From the NCBI GenBank assembly GCA_963740085.1, contig CAVUCU010000004.1:448001-512000 (forward strand): DNA of 64,000 bases, written 5' to 3'. Under the pieces are notes generated by a model. That model saw nothing but the letters and a program-made list of their open reading frames with translations, searched no databases and was not told where the DNA came from. Each line of letters begins with the position of its first letter. Position 1 is the stretch's first letter. This document shows positions 42,678 through 55,993 of this stretch, one piece after another. This DNA comes from Nitrospirota bacterium (GTDB lineage: Bacteria; Nitrospirota; UBA9217). Made by a program: the position numbers and the translations under genes.

Positions 42678-43773
42678 ATGAAAATCACATTCGTTCTTCC
42701 GTATGCAGGTTTGCAGGGAGGAGTTCGGGTGGTTGCAATCTACGCTGACCGCTTGGCGCGCCGTGGACATAAGGTAGCTGTGATTTCGACACCACAAAAC
42801 ATTTCAATGCGATCGAAGGTGAAGTCGTTTCTATTCGGCCGAGGGTGGAAACGAATGCACCCAGAACCTTCGTATTTCGAGGGTATTAACGTGCAACACC
42901 GTGTACTGGAACAGGTCAGACCGGTGACGGATACGGATGTACCTGATGCAGATGTAGTAGTAGCGACCTATTATACGACTGCTTATGGGGTGCAGGGGCT
43001 CTCTCCTGCGAAAGGCGCGAAAGCGATCTTCATCCAGAACTATGAAGTTGAAGAAGGCAAGCCCAACCCGAAGTTAGACGCGACCTGGCGCATGCCGATG
43101 CACAAGATAACGATATCAAAGTGGTTGGTTCAACTGGCGCGAGAAAAGTTTGGAGATGAGGTCGTTTCCCATGTGCCCAACAGCGTGGATTTGGACCAGT
43201 TTCATGCTGCACCGAGAGAGAAGAGTTCGGTTCCCACGGTTGGAATGCTGTATAACACCTTTTCCCTGAAGGGGTGTGATACCAGCCTCAAGGCACTGAA
43301 ACAGGTGGCTGCAGCACTGCCTTCGATTCGTCTTGTTTGCTTCGGTGCAGAGCATCCGGACTTTAGGTTGCCGCTCCCGCGCTTCGCGGAGTTCCATTAT
43401 CAGCCACAACAGGAAAAAATCAGGGAACTCTATGCACAATGTGATGTGTGGTTGTGCGGGAGCAACGTGGAGGGTTTTCATTTGCCGCCGCTCGAGGCTA
43501 TGGCCTGCAGATGTCCCGTCGTGTCGACTCGTGTTGGAGGGCCGATGGACATCATTGAGGAGGGGGTAAACGGTTATTTAGTCGATGTGAAGGATGTTGG
43601 TGCGCTCGCGGAGCGAACGTTGCGCGTGCTTAAACTTGCCGCGTGAACAATGGAAGCAGATGTCGGATGCCGCTTACGGTACGGCGACCCGCTTCACATG
43701 GGATGATGCAACGGACCTGTTTGAAAAGGCATTGGAACTTGCCATAGAGCGGGGCAGGCGCGGCGATTTGTAA
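42678..43773 (+). CDS. GT4 (GT-B) glycosyltransferase; frameshift near 43640
   Basis: GGVRVV, EGFHLPPLEAMACRCPVVST, NGYLV; tail ...RFTWDDATDLFEKAL stops at 43773. Confidence 0.9.
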
Positions 43774-43847
43774 ATGCGTTAATGTTTACTTGTGCGGCAT
43801 ATCTTTAACACAATCCAGCTTATCAGCCCTGATCGTGATAGAAAATT

Positions 43848-45853
<2,006 letters not shown>

Positions 45854-45869
45854 CAAAATCAGTGATCCC

Positions 45870-47081
45870 TTAAAGGGCGATCGGATATAAATCAGAGGTG
45901 CGGATCAGATCATGAAGCGTCCGTCTTATTAATTCGCGAAACATTGGAAGAGCATATTCAAGAAGATACACTCCCACGGCGGTTCCCAGTATATTGCTGA
46001 TAACATCCATGAGAGAAGAGTCTCGCGTGGGAAGATATGCCTGCGTCAACTCGATTGCAAGGCTGAAAGATGCCAAGAAGAATAGAGAAGAGGTATGCGC
46101 GTGTTGCCTGAGGTTCTTTGTTTAATAGTAACCAGGCTGAAAGAAAAAATCCGAAGAGGAATAAAGCCGACAATATTGAAAGACAATATCATTCATGTTG
46201 GAACGGCTGAAAAATTGGTCTTTCGCTGGCATGCCGAGGACCGTTCTGTGCATCGGTTGAAAGACGCCAGGGATCATCAGATCATACCCATGCCTGAGTA
46301 ATCGTCGAACCAGTTCCCCACGGCGCTCATTGAAAAGGTACAAGGCAGACGGCATGGTCGGTCCTTAAATTTCCCGGCTAATTTGTTTGAAGCGTCCTTT
46401 GAGGCAAGAACCGTTTTGCCGCCAGACAAGGTAATTAGCCCGGACTTCTTCGTTGCGCAGAGCCCGATCATAGACTGCCAGGCCGAAAAAAGAGCCATTC
46501 CATGGGTGTGTTCCATCGGGGGAATTCCCGAGAATAAGGCGTCCTGATAGCCCTTTACCAAAAGGGAGAAGAGAAAAGTACCGGGTACAATTTTCTCATG
46601 ATGTTCCGTCGATATAAATAGCTGTTGACCCTTTATCTGAAACCAAGGTAATAAAATGCGTCGCATCTCTTGTAAGGCATTGGCAATGCCGATCTCGCGA
46701 TAGCGTTTCTGTTATTGTCGAGCGTTGATAGCAGATACTCGAATGATCAGTTCTGATATCCACTGGCCCGCCATAAACAAGTTCGCGTATCATGATCATA
46801 AATGGTGACTAATGACGCAACGGTATTGGTACTTTCCTCATGAGGGCGGACCAATATCTCGATGCTGATGGAATCAGTTACTCGAATGACCGCGTCCGAA
46901 ATTCAGGCGGTTGCCGGCTCACAACCATGCCCTGACCGTAAAAACGGATCCCATTCCTGTTCTGTAACCACTCCACCTTGTTTGCAGGATTCAAATCGAA
47001 CGGCCAGAGCGGTACCAGAAACCGTGCGAATGAAGAGGTAGATGACGCGGTATGTTCTACCGAGAGCAACGGCGATGCCAT
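45870..47081 (-). pseudogene. VanZ-family membrane protein with LamG-like domain, fragmented by many frameshifts
   Basis: Fragments LWPFDLNPANKVEWL, ALYLFNERRG, DLMIPGVF, IELTQAYLPTRDSSLMDVISNILG. The breaks may be sequencing errors rather than true decay. Confidence 0.65.
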
Positions 47082-47197
47082 TATGGGATCTTTCAGTAGA
47101 TAAGTTTTGTTTAACAGTGAGCAATTCAGGAAACCGTTTCCTATACGTATTGGTAAAGACGGGGCAAGTAAAAACAGGATAGAGATCTAAACAGCGA

Positions 47198-47750
47198 ATG
47201 AACAGGAACAAACGACATCTCAATTTAAAAGAACACGGCCGCTCTCCGCGAGCAGTGGTATCTGAACAGGAACCGGCTTTTTCTCTTGTTCAATGTTGTG
47301 TTTGTTGCGACATTTTTAAGCTCATTGCGGTACCTTGTGCAAACGTCACTGCGTAGCTATTATGACACCTACATCCCGTTCATTCCGTTCATCACTGCAT
47401 ACTCTGATCTGAAATGGAAAAGAAAGATATCTTTTCCTATAAGGATTTTCCACCTGTTGTCGGGCTGCCTGTCGCCAGCATCGGCATCCTGCTTCTGTTC
47501 ATCGCCAGAAAGCAGGAACCCCTTCTCGAAAACCGTGACTCCCTTGCCATTATGACGTTATCGGTGGTCGTGTGCTGCAATCGGCGCATTCGCTTTGGTT
47601 TACGGCGTCAGGTCTTTACGTGCCGCGGCGTTCCCGCTGCTGTTTCTGCTTTTCGCTGTGCCGATCCGAAACACTGATTTTAAAGGACTATTTTTATTCT
47701 CCGATTAGGCTCCGCTGAAGTCGCCTACAGGTTCCTGCAGGCGACCGGCA
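47198..47750 (+). pseudogene. Truncated exosortase (N-terminal part only)
   Basis: YYDTYIPFIPFITAY, AFPLLFLLFAVPI and LGSAEVAYRFLQATG across shifted frames; similarity stops before the catalytic Cys region. Confidence 0.6.
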
Positions 47751-47825
47751 TGTTTCTCCGTGGTTAAGTTTCACTGTTCTCTGTGGTTGGTTTTGACAAT
47801 ATAATAGAAAAAAAGGAGATAGAAA

Positions 47826-49132
47826 ATGACACTTCTGGAAAAAATTGAAAGCGCAATGCAACAATAGGTGTTATCGGTCTTGGTTATGTCGGTCTCCCTC
47901 TTGTCATCCAGTTTGTGAAGGCAGGATACGAATCAATCGGTTTTGATGTGGACGATGAAAAGATCAAATACCTGCATGCGGGGAAGACCTACATCAAACA
48001 CATTCCCATCGAGGAAGTAAGGCTGCTAAAGAGACAATGATAATTTCATGGGCACAACCGACTTTTCATTGCTGAAAAAAGCGGACTGCATCATCATCTG
48101 TGTTCCGACACCACTGGGAAAGCACCATGAGCCGGACCTCTCCTTTGTCCTGGATACGACAAAAGTGATTGCGAAGCACCTCCGAAGGGGCAGCTTATCG
48201 TGCTTGAATCCACGACCTATCCGGGGACGACAGATGAGGATATGAGGACAATACTCGAAAAAACCGGGTTGAAGGCGGGCAAGGATTTTTATCTCGCGTT
48301 TTCTCCAGAACGGGAAGATCCCAATAATAAGGATTATTCGACTAGCACGATTCCCAAGGTGGTGGGTGGTTATACGCCGTCCTGTCTTGAGGTAGCCAAG
48401 GCACTTTATGACTCTGTTGTTGTGAAAACCGTAACCGTATCATCAACCAGGGCGGCGGAGGCCACGAAACTGCTTGAAAATATCTATCGCGCCGTGAACA
48501 TTGCCATGATAAACGAACTCAAGATGATCTTTGACCGGATGGATATCGACATTTGGGAGGTCATCAATGCGGCAAAGACGAAACCCTTTGGATTTCAGGC
48601 CTTCTATCCCGGACCTGGCCTGGGAGGGCACTGTATTCCCATTGATCCCTTTTATCTGACCTGGAAGGCGCGCGAGTATGGTTTTCATACCAAGTTCATT
48701 GAACTGGCCGGGGAGATCAATACGCACATGCCCTATTACGTCGTGGAGAAGGTCATCGGCGCTCTCAATTCCAAAAAGAAGACCATCAAATCATCCAAGG
48801 TACTCATCCTCGGCCTCGCGTACAAGAAAGACATTGACGATACGCGGGAGTCGCCGTCACTGAAGATCATCGAGCTCTTGATGGAGAAGGGCGCGCACGT
48901 TGATTTCAATGATCCTTATATTGCGAAGACCAAAAAGATGCGAATGTACGATCTCAGAAAGAAGTCAGTACCGCTTAACAAAGAAACGCTTAAAAAATAC
49001 GACTGTGTCGTGGTCGCCACCGATCATTCCTCATACGATTATGAATTTATTCTCAAGCACGCGTCGTTGGTCGTGGACACCCGGAATGCAATGAATGGCC
49101 TTGCAAATAACAAATCCGTAGTAAAGGCGTAA
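47826..49132 (+). CDS. wbpA: UDP-N-acetylglucosamine 6-dehydrogenase (nucleotide sugar dehydrogenase); frameshifts in the 5' part
   Basis: GVIGLGYVGLPL, ICVPTP, LESTTYPG, FSPERED, GPGLGGHCIPIDPFYLTWKAREYG, GLAYKKDIDD.RESP. Confidence 0.88.
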
Positions 49133-49134
49133 AC

Positions 49135-51198
49135 ATGTTCGAGATGGTCCTGTCATACATAGCAGTACTGGTCCTGGCGACATCCGGCATCTTTGCCATG
49201 CTAAAGCAGAGAACTGTAGTCAATGCTCTTTTGCTGATAACTGTTCTGCTCCTTGCAGGCATTGTTATGTTCGATCAACTATCGTTGCAGTCATCCGTCA
49301 ATTATGAGAAGTTCAAGCAGATATCTCTCTACCTCGAGGCGTTCTTGCCCGGTTCTGTTCTGTTTTTAGCCTTTATGTATGGCCGCAGCAGACCTTTTGA
49401 GTCGTTGTCAAAGATCCGTCTCGGACTCATGGCCGTCCTGGTCCTGTTTCCGCTAGCAATAGTACTTCTCGTTGGAAACGATCTCTATTCTTCCCCAGAC
49501 TTTCAGAATCAAAGAGTCCTGCTCCTTGGGAGTGAGGGCTATTGGTATTATATCGGAATCATGCTTTCGCTCATCGTTTCCTTGGCAAGCGTTGAGGCCA
49601 CTCTTGCTGCGACGCACGGAATTGCACGGAACCGGATGAAATTCGAGGCGATCGGGATCATGAGCCTGTTTGCGGTCCTGATCTTTTATTACAGCCAGGG
49701 ACTTCTGTACCGGACCATAAACATGAACCTGATGCCAATACGGTCGAGCGTCTTTATCTTTGCTGCGTTCCTGATCGGTTATTCACATGCCTTCCGGGGG
49801 AGCGGGACGCGTGTCTCCATATCACGGCATATCCTGTACCGTTCTATTACGCTGCTGGTCGTAGGTGTTTATCTGCTTGTTCTTGGTCTTGTCGGCGAGG
49901 GAATGAAGTATTTTGGCGTCAAGTTCGGCAGGGACTTGACCATTATTCTGGCATTTGCTGGAGCTATCATGCTTCTGGTCATCCTTTTTTCTGAAAGAAT
50001 TCGGAGAAGGACGAAGGTCTATATTAACAAACATTTTTACGCGGGCAACAAGCATGACTACCGGGAGGAGTGGATAAAGCTGACAAGCCGGTTTTCGTCG
50101 TGTGCAGCGCTCAGCGACGTTCAGGAGGCCATTCTAACGGTTTTCGTGGAGACATTCGGAGTTGCGGGCGCGTCGCTGTATCTTCTGAGCCGGGAAGAGA
50201 GTCGCTATATTCGTGTTTCTGAACTGTCCATGCCCAAAAGCCCGGTCGAGATACGCATATCCGGGGATCTCTATAATTATTTTGCGCAACGTGAGCGTGT
50301 CTTGAATCTCACTGATGGTGAATTTCCGCTCTCAGAGTCCGAACAGTCGAGCTTCAGCCAGGCCGGCGCCTGGCTGGTCATACCGCTGATCAGCAATAAT
50401 AAGGTCATCGGGCTTGCTATGTTCAGGGAACATATCGTTCCTGAGATGCTTATTTATGATGATTTTGATCTTATGAAAGTTCTGGCAAGGCAGGCGGCCC
50501 AGGCGATCACGAATCTCAGGCTTTCGGAAGAGGTAAGCGAAATGCGGGCCATGGCCGCGGTGTCAAAAGTAACCACCTTTGTCATCCATGATCTTAAAAA
50601 TCTGACGACCAGTCTTTCCCTTTTTGTTGATAATGCCGAAGAACATATCAATAATCCTGATTTTCAAAAAGATACTATTACCACGATGAAAAATTCTCTC
50701 TTAAAAATGAAAAGCCTCATGCAGCGTCTCAAGTCAATACCCGAGAAGATCACGCTCAATGCAGAGGTGATCAATATCGACCTTTTGTCCCGGGAAGTCG
50801 CCGGTGAGTTCGCAAAGTTGAAACCAGAGACGCGTCGTATATAACGGCGAACCGGCATTTTCGCGCGTCGATGGAGAAGAAATTAAAAAGGTCATCGTGA
50901 ATCTTCTTCAGAACGCCCTTGAGGCAGGTAATGAAAAGGGGACCGTTCTGGTGGAAACATGCAAGGAGCAATGGAAGTGTCTTTATCCGAGATTTCCGAT
51001 TCCGGCAAGGGAATGACGGAAGACTATTTAAAGAACCATCTATTCAGGCCATTCAGGACCACAAAGGAAACGGGGCTTGGCATCGGACTGTACCAGTGCA
51101 GGCAGATCATCGAAGCCCATGATGGCAAGATCGAGGTCAAGAGCGATATCGGGAAAGGGACGGTTTTCACGATCAGCCTGCCTGCCGCGGATAGGTAG
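49135..51198 (+). CDS. prsK: PEP-CTERM system histidine kinase PrsK; frameshifts at ~50840-50960
   Basis: Multi-TM N-terminus, INKHFY...DYREEW, GAF domain, FVIHDLKN H-box, NPDFQKD, LFRPFRTTK..GLGIGLYQ. Confidence 0.88.
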
Positions 51199-51207
51199 TG
51201 GATAGGT

Positions 51208-51274
51208 GTAGCCGCAAACTTCAGTTTGCGCGGTTTTCAAAGAATTATATGCGCAGGCTAAAGCCTGCGGCTAC
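51208..51274. repeat. Inverted REP doublet (REPIN-like, GTAG...CTAC)
   Basis: gtagccgcaaacttcagtttgcg ... cgcaggctaaagcctgcggctac; each unit is itself a hairpin. Confidence 0.7.
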
Positions 51275-51420
51275 CTCCAGAAGATGCTTTAAAAAAGAAG
51301 GTTTATGTTTGTGGCTCTTCCGATTTTGATGTGGGTCGCTTTTATCTGTTCTTAAATCAGTTCCTGATGAGCAAATCGTATTTATTGCACATCCCCTTCG
51401 CGTCCTGAACGATATTGTTG

Positions 51421-51884
51421 ACCCGTCTAAGGCCACGTCCGCTCGCCCGCGTAAACTCGGCCTTCGGCCTCAGACACCGTGCTCTTGCGATAACGCTGGT
51501 GCAGGCAGTATCACGTTCTGTGGGACGCTTCCTTAGGCCAAGACGGGTGCCCAAAAATATCGCCTGCGCCCAGCGATTACGAGTGGAACCGCGAGTGCAG
51601 GGTGTAAGGGTCGCTCCGGGGACGTGCGGGGTTGGGTAAAGATCTGAACGAAATTCTTACTGGTTCCCCATGCGAAAATTTAGCTAGGCGACCAAGTCCG
51701 AGGGTGAAGCATTTCGAAGGACTGCCTGCACCCAGCGTTTACGAGTGCAACGCGCGAGTGCAGGGCGTCTGAGCCCGCAGGGCGAGTTTCCGAAATGTAC
51801 CGAGGACGACCGAGCATGGCGTAAAGGATTTTCGCCGGGTGCCCTTCTTTGGGTCACCTTTCTTGGGCACGCAAGAAAGGTGAC
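51421..51884. repeat. Cluster of structured non-coding repeats (MITE/REP-like)
   Basis: aaactcg-hairpin-ctcagac at 51453-51475 (+) and 51767-51789 (-); related cctgc.cccagcg units at ~51491 (-), 51561 and 51723; 13-bp hairpin at 51853-51884. Confidence 0.6.
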
Positions 51885-51948
51885 AATAAATAGAGAAAGA
51901 GTTTTGTAATGCAGCATAAAATAGCCTAAAGATGCTTAGACCATCCAC

Positions 51949-52341
51949 ATGAAAATCGGAAGATTTACATTTGTTTTATGCGCCGCGGCCTGGATGTCCC
52001 TGATATTTTACCTGTCTTCCATTCCGGGAGCGCAGTTGGGTCCCGATACCCTGGTAGTCAACACGATCAAGAAGTTGGGTCACCTGTTCATTTTTGGCGT
52101 CCTTGCCGTCTTGTATCTTTTCGCGCTCAAGGGAAGGAAGTCTCTCCTGGAAACGCGCATTCACATTTTCGCGTTGAGTTTTATTCTTGTCTTGCTCTAT
52201 GCAGTCACCGATGAGTTTCACCAATCGTTCACTCCCGGACGGCATGCGACGGTCAAAGACGTGGTCATTGATGCGGCCGGGGCGATCTTATGTCTCGGTT
52301 CGCTGTATAGAGTAAAATCCGGGAACTACTTCAGGTTGTAG
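51949..52341 (+). CDS. VanZ family protein
   Basis: LIFYLSS, KKLGHLFIFG, YAVTDEFHQSFTPGR...DVVID. Confidence 0.9.
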   Translation: MKIGRFTFVLCAAAWMSLIFYLSSIPGAQLGPDTLVVNTIKKLGHLFIFGVLAVLYLFALKGRKSLLETRIHIFALSFILVLLYAVTDEFHQSFTPGRHATVKDVVIDAAGAILCLGSLYRVKSGNYFRL

Positions 52342-52380
52342 GACGAAGTTACCCCGAATTGTATCAAAATAAAAACACGG

Positions 52381-52597
52381 TTAACCGCAAAGAACACAGG
52401 GAACTCAAAGGGTGGGAGATACGAGAGACATAAAATCGTTATGCGATCAGATACGGCAGATTACTACAAACCAAAGTTGATCAGCAGGCCATGCTCAATG
52501 CGCGAAGACTTAAGATAGCCTACATGAATGCATGACCTGGAACTTTATTGAATTCATGTCCCATTAACTTTGTGATCTTTGTGTTCTTTGCGGTTAA
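52381..52597. repeat. 18-bp perfect inverted repeat enclosing a possible decayed GxxExxY-family gene remnant
   Basis: ttaaccgcaaagaacaca (52381-52398) / tgtgttctttgcggttaa (52580-52597); inside, GGGAG then ACG-RDIKSLCDQIRQI. Confidence 0.6.
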
Positions 52598-52637
52598 ATT
52601 GAGCCGTCATAAATAGATACAATCGAGGATTATTGCC

Positions 52638-54101
52638 ATGGAAAAACTGTTGATCATAGATGATAACGAAGAGATACGGACCCAGCTGAAATGGGGCTTT
52701 AGCAAGGAATATACGTTGGTCCTTGCCAAGGATGGAAAGGAAGCACTTGCCCAGTACAAAAAGAATGGCCCGCGGGTTGCGACCCTGGACCTGGGTCTCC
52801 CGCCACATGAGAATGGGACCGAGGAAGGGTTCCGCTGTCTTCAGGAAATGCTCCGGCATAACCCCTCGACTAAAGTTATTGTCATAACGGGCAATGATCA
52901 GCGGGAAATTGCCCTCAAGGCCATTCATCTGGGGGCCTATGACTTTTATCAGAAACCGATAAACCTTGAAGAGCTTAAGGTCATCGTCCGAAGGGCATTT
53001 CACCTTTCCGCCCTTGAAGAACAGAATCGCTCGTTATACAATGCCCTTGAACGACAGACCACTCCATTCGGCGGCATGATCGGCCAGTGTCCGGAGATGC
53101 AAGAGGTGTTTTCCACCATGCGGAAGATCGCATCTTCGGATGCCGCCGTCCTTGTCCAGGGAGAGAGCGGCACGGGAAAGGAACTGGTTGCACGGGCGAT
53201 CCACGCCATGAGTCTGCGCAAGGACGGCGCCTTCGTGCCCATTAACTGCGGTGCGATCCCGGAGACTCTTCTTGAACCCGAGCTGTTCGGTCATGAGAAA
53301 GGTTCATTCACCGGGGCTCATGCTCAAGTACAGGGAAAGGTGGAGTATGCACAGAATGGAACGCTTTTTCTTGATGAAATCGCGGAACTTCCCGCCCAGC
53401 TTCAGGTGAAGTTGCTTCGCTTTCTCCAGGACAAGACCATTCAACGTGTAGGAGGCAGAGAAGATATTGCGGTCAACACAAGGATCCTCGCTGCAACGAA
53501 CAAGGACCTGGTAAAGGAAATAGGGTTGGGGAGATTCAGGGAAGACCTTTACTACAGGCTTGGGGTGGTCTTGATAAAGGTCCCGCCGCTCCGGGAACGA
53601 AAAGGGGATATCATGGTCCTTGCGACCTTTTTTTTGAAGCGATATTGCGACCTGTATACCAGGAGAATACGAGGATTCAACGCCTATGCCCTCGAAAGCA
53701 TGGAGACATATGAATGGCCTGGAAATATACGGGAACTCGAAAATAAGATCCAGAGGGCCGTCCTTTTATCAGAAGGACCAATGATCGAACCCCGTGATCT
53801 CGGGTTTGATGCAAAGTTGATGACCCAGAGGACGATTGATCCGGATATCAGGACGCTGAAGGAAGCCAAGGATAAAGTAGAAAAGGAAATGGTAATGTTC
53901 GCGCTCGACAGGTATGGTGGAAACATTGCAAAATCAGCGGAAGAGCTGGGGGTCAGCAGACCGACCTTGTATGACGTCATGAAAAAGCATGGGCTCTATA
54001 ACGGAACGGCTCATCAGGAGAACGGGAACGGGAGCCCTGACAATCGGCAGGATCTGCTGCCGGCAGCAGCGGTAAAGAAAAACGGGGAGAGCGACGGTTA
54101 G
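52638..54101 (+). CDS. prsR: PEP-CTERM-box sigma54-dependent response regulator PrsR
   Basis: REC domain with TLDLGLPP and GAYDFYQKP; GESGTGKE; GSFTGA; LFLDEI; WPGNIRELEN; Fis-type HTH. Confidence 0.9.
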   Translation: MEKLLIIDDNEEIRTQLKWGFSKEYTLVLAKDGKEALAQYKKNGPRVATLDLGLPPHENGTEEGFRCLQEMLRHNPSTKVIVITGNDQREIALKAIHLGAYDFYQKPINLEELKVIVRRAFHLSALEEQNRSLYNALERQTTPFGGMIGQCPEMQEVFSTMRKIASSDAAVLVQGESGTGKELVARAIHAMSLRKDGAFVPINCGAIPETLLEPELFGHEKGSFTGAHAQVQGKVEYAQNGTLFLDEIAELPAQLQVKLLRFLQDKTIQRVGGREDIAVNTRILAATNKDLVKEIGLGRFREDLYYRLGVVLIKVPPLRERKGDIMVLATFFLKRYCDLYTRRIRGFNAYALESMETYEWPGNIRELENKIQRAVLLSEGPMIEPRDLGFDAKLMTQRTIDPDIRTLKEAKDKVEKEMVMFALDRYGGNIAKSAEELGVSRPTLYDVMKKHGLYNGTAHQENGNGSPDNRQDLLPAAAVKKNGESDG

Positions 54102-54569
54102 TTGAGGTACCTGCTCACTTCATTTGAGGGATTGCTTTCCCTGTTTGCTGAATCCACAGCCGTGACGACAAAATAGTACGTGCCGGTTCCCTGAGAAATA
54201 AGGTCTTTTGGTTTTATACTTGTTGTCTGAGCAGGCACTGTGTAGTAATTTCCTGTAGAATAGGGGCCGGACGACGTGCTGTAATAAACCCTGTATTCCT
54301 TGAGGTCAAGCAACGCGCTGCCATCAGAGTATGTTGTCGGTGCATCCCATGCTAACGGCTGGGGCGGGTGTTGTGGTATCGGGGGTTGTAGTATCGGGGG
54401 TTGTAGAATCGGGGGTTGTCGAGTTGGGAGTTGACGACGAGGTGTCTTTAGCATTATAGCTTGCATCGTTTTTATTGCACCCAGAAATAGACAACCCTGA
54501 AACAATAATGGCAAGGACTGCGAATAACGATATAATGGGAATAGAAAATATTCTAACTTTGTGATGCAT
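54098..54569 (-). CDS. Lipoprotein with Thr/Pro linker repeats and an FN3-like domain; frameshift near 54350
   Basis: ISG-C lipobox and 15-bp (S/T)TTP(D/N) repeats (ORF 54324..54569) join LAWDAPTT...YYFVVTAVD..ESNPSNEV (ORF 54098..54514). Confidence 0.75.
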
Positions 54570-54761
54570 CAGAGCCTCCTTTCAGGGAGTTGGATCGGGG
54601 TCGTTTATAAATTCGCTGTTATGCATAGTAAATAATAAAGTGTCGAATGTCAACTCTTCTTTGATATTTTACGATAAATTTAGGCTTCCGCATTGAATCA
54701 TAATGAAGACCATGATTGATTTACAGAAAGATTATAATACTTAAGTCTCCATAAATGAAGG

Positions 54762-55700
54762 GTGCAAAAAATGATTATGCGATCGTTATTGATGTTCATA
54801 TTAGTGACAGGGGCATCTCATTCCGCTTTTGCCGCACCGATCGAAGTTCAATCGATCCGGATAGCTCCTGCTGAAATCATAGCCGGAACCCATCCGGAAA
54901 TTACAGGGAAGATCAGAGCACATAAATTTCGTTCTCCAAGCAAGACCCTGAAAATAGTCGTGGTTGCTGCAGTGGTTCAGCCGGATCATGTCGTGAAATC
55001 GTGGACATGGAAGAAGGTAAGCCTGCGGTCTGGTGAGATCAGATATTTTACCATACCGAAGAAATTCCTGACGAAATTGCCTGGGACCTATAAAGTGGAT
55101 TTCAATGTGTATTCCAGGGACATGAAACCGTTGCACAGTCTCTCTAAAACATTTGTCGCCGTCGCTCAAAAGCCTCAGCACGAGAAACCGGCAACTCCAA
55201 CGGAAGAAAGTTTGCTTATTCAACCGACTCCTGTACAGGCGACTGGCCGCCCGCTTGAATACCCGCGCTTCGGCGTCGGTCTTTATGCTGATACCCTGCA
55301 CAATACTGGAGGGGCAACGATGCTCCTGTGGCCGTTCAAGCATGTGGGGCTGCAGGTCATTTACACGGGAGGGTCGTTTACTATCGCTGAAGGCCGGATC
55401 CTCTTGCGGTTTCCGTTCTCATCAGGGATCACACCGTATCTGGGCGCCGGGTATTTGAATGTTACCACGGAACGGTCAGTGGAGAACATAGGTCTCAAGA
55501 CCAAATTCCAGGACAGTGGTGTGAGCGGCGTGATCGGCATCGAGATCCCGCTGGGGAAAAGAGTTTTCGCATCCGCCGAAGTTAGCGGCGCGTCAATTGA
55601 CCTGAAAAAAGAGGTGAACAGTGGGGCGATAAGCGGGACCGCTTCTGTCAAGTACACACCCGTTACCATCGGGATAAGCATAGGTTATTATCTGTTTTGA
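54762..55700 (+). CDS. Exported protein: N-terminal Ig-like domain plus C-terminal small outer-membrane beta-barrel
   Basis: Signal peptide; PYLGAG strand; alternating residue pattern; C-terminal GYYLF. Confidence 0.7.
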   Translation: MQKMIMRSLLMFILVTGASHSAFAAPIEVQSIRIAPAEIIAGTHPEITGKIRAHKFRSPSKTLKIVVVAAVVQPDHVVKSWTWKKVSLRSGEIRYFTIPKKFLTKLPGTYKVDFNVYSRDMKPLHSLSKTFVAVAQKPQHEKPATPTEESLLIQPTPVQATGRPLEYPRFGVGLYADTLHNTGGATMLLWPFKHVGLQVIYTGGSFTIAEGRILLRFPFSSGITPYLGAGYLNVTTERSVENIGLKTKFQDSGVSGVIGIEIPLGKRVFASAEVSGASIDLKKEVNSGAISGTASVKYTPVTIGISIGYYLF

Positions 55701-55993
55701 TGAGTGAGGGCCGCTATTCGGGTTCAATGCGTTGTGACCCCTGTGTTTCCTGTAGCAAAAAGGAATTCGTTCATGCTTGTACAGGCAGCTGAATAAGTAT
55801 GAATGCGTGACAGTCCTTATGGTATAATAAAAACGGGTTTTGTGTGGGTCGCTTTTATCTGTTTCTAAATTCAGCACAGGTCACGATCCTGTTTTTTTCT
55901 GCACCCCAGTTCACAGCTCCGCGCAGGGCATGATTGCCGGTACTGATAACAAGCCTTTCGAGCATCGCAGCACTTCCCCTCGCCCGGGGGAAC

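Noticed and set aside
51245-51948. Short ORFs in the prsK-vanZ spacer
   Set aside because: Arg/Pro-rich translations of palindromic repeats, with no SD or family motifs.
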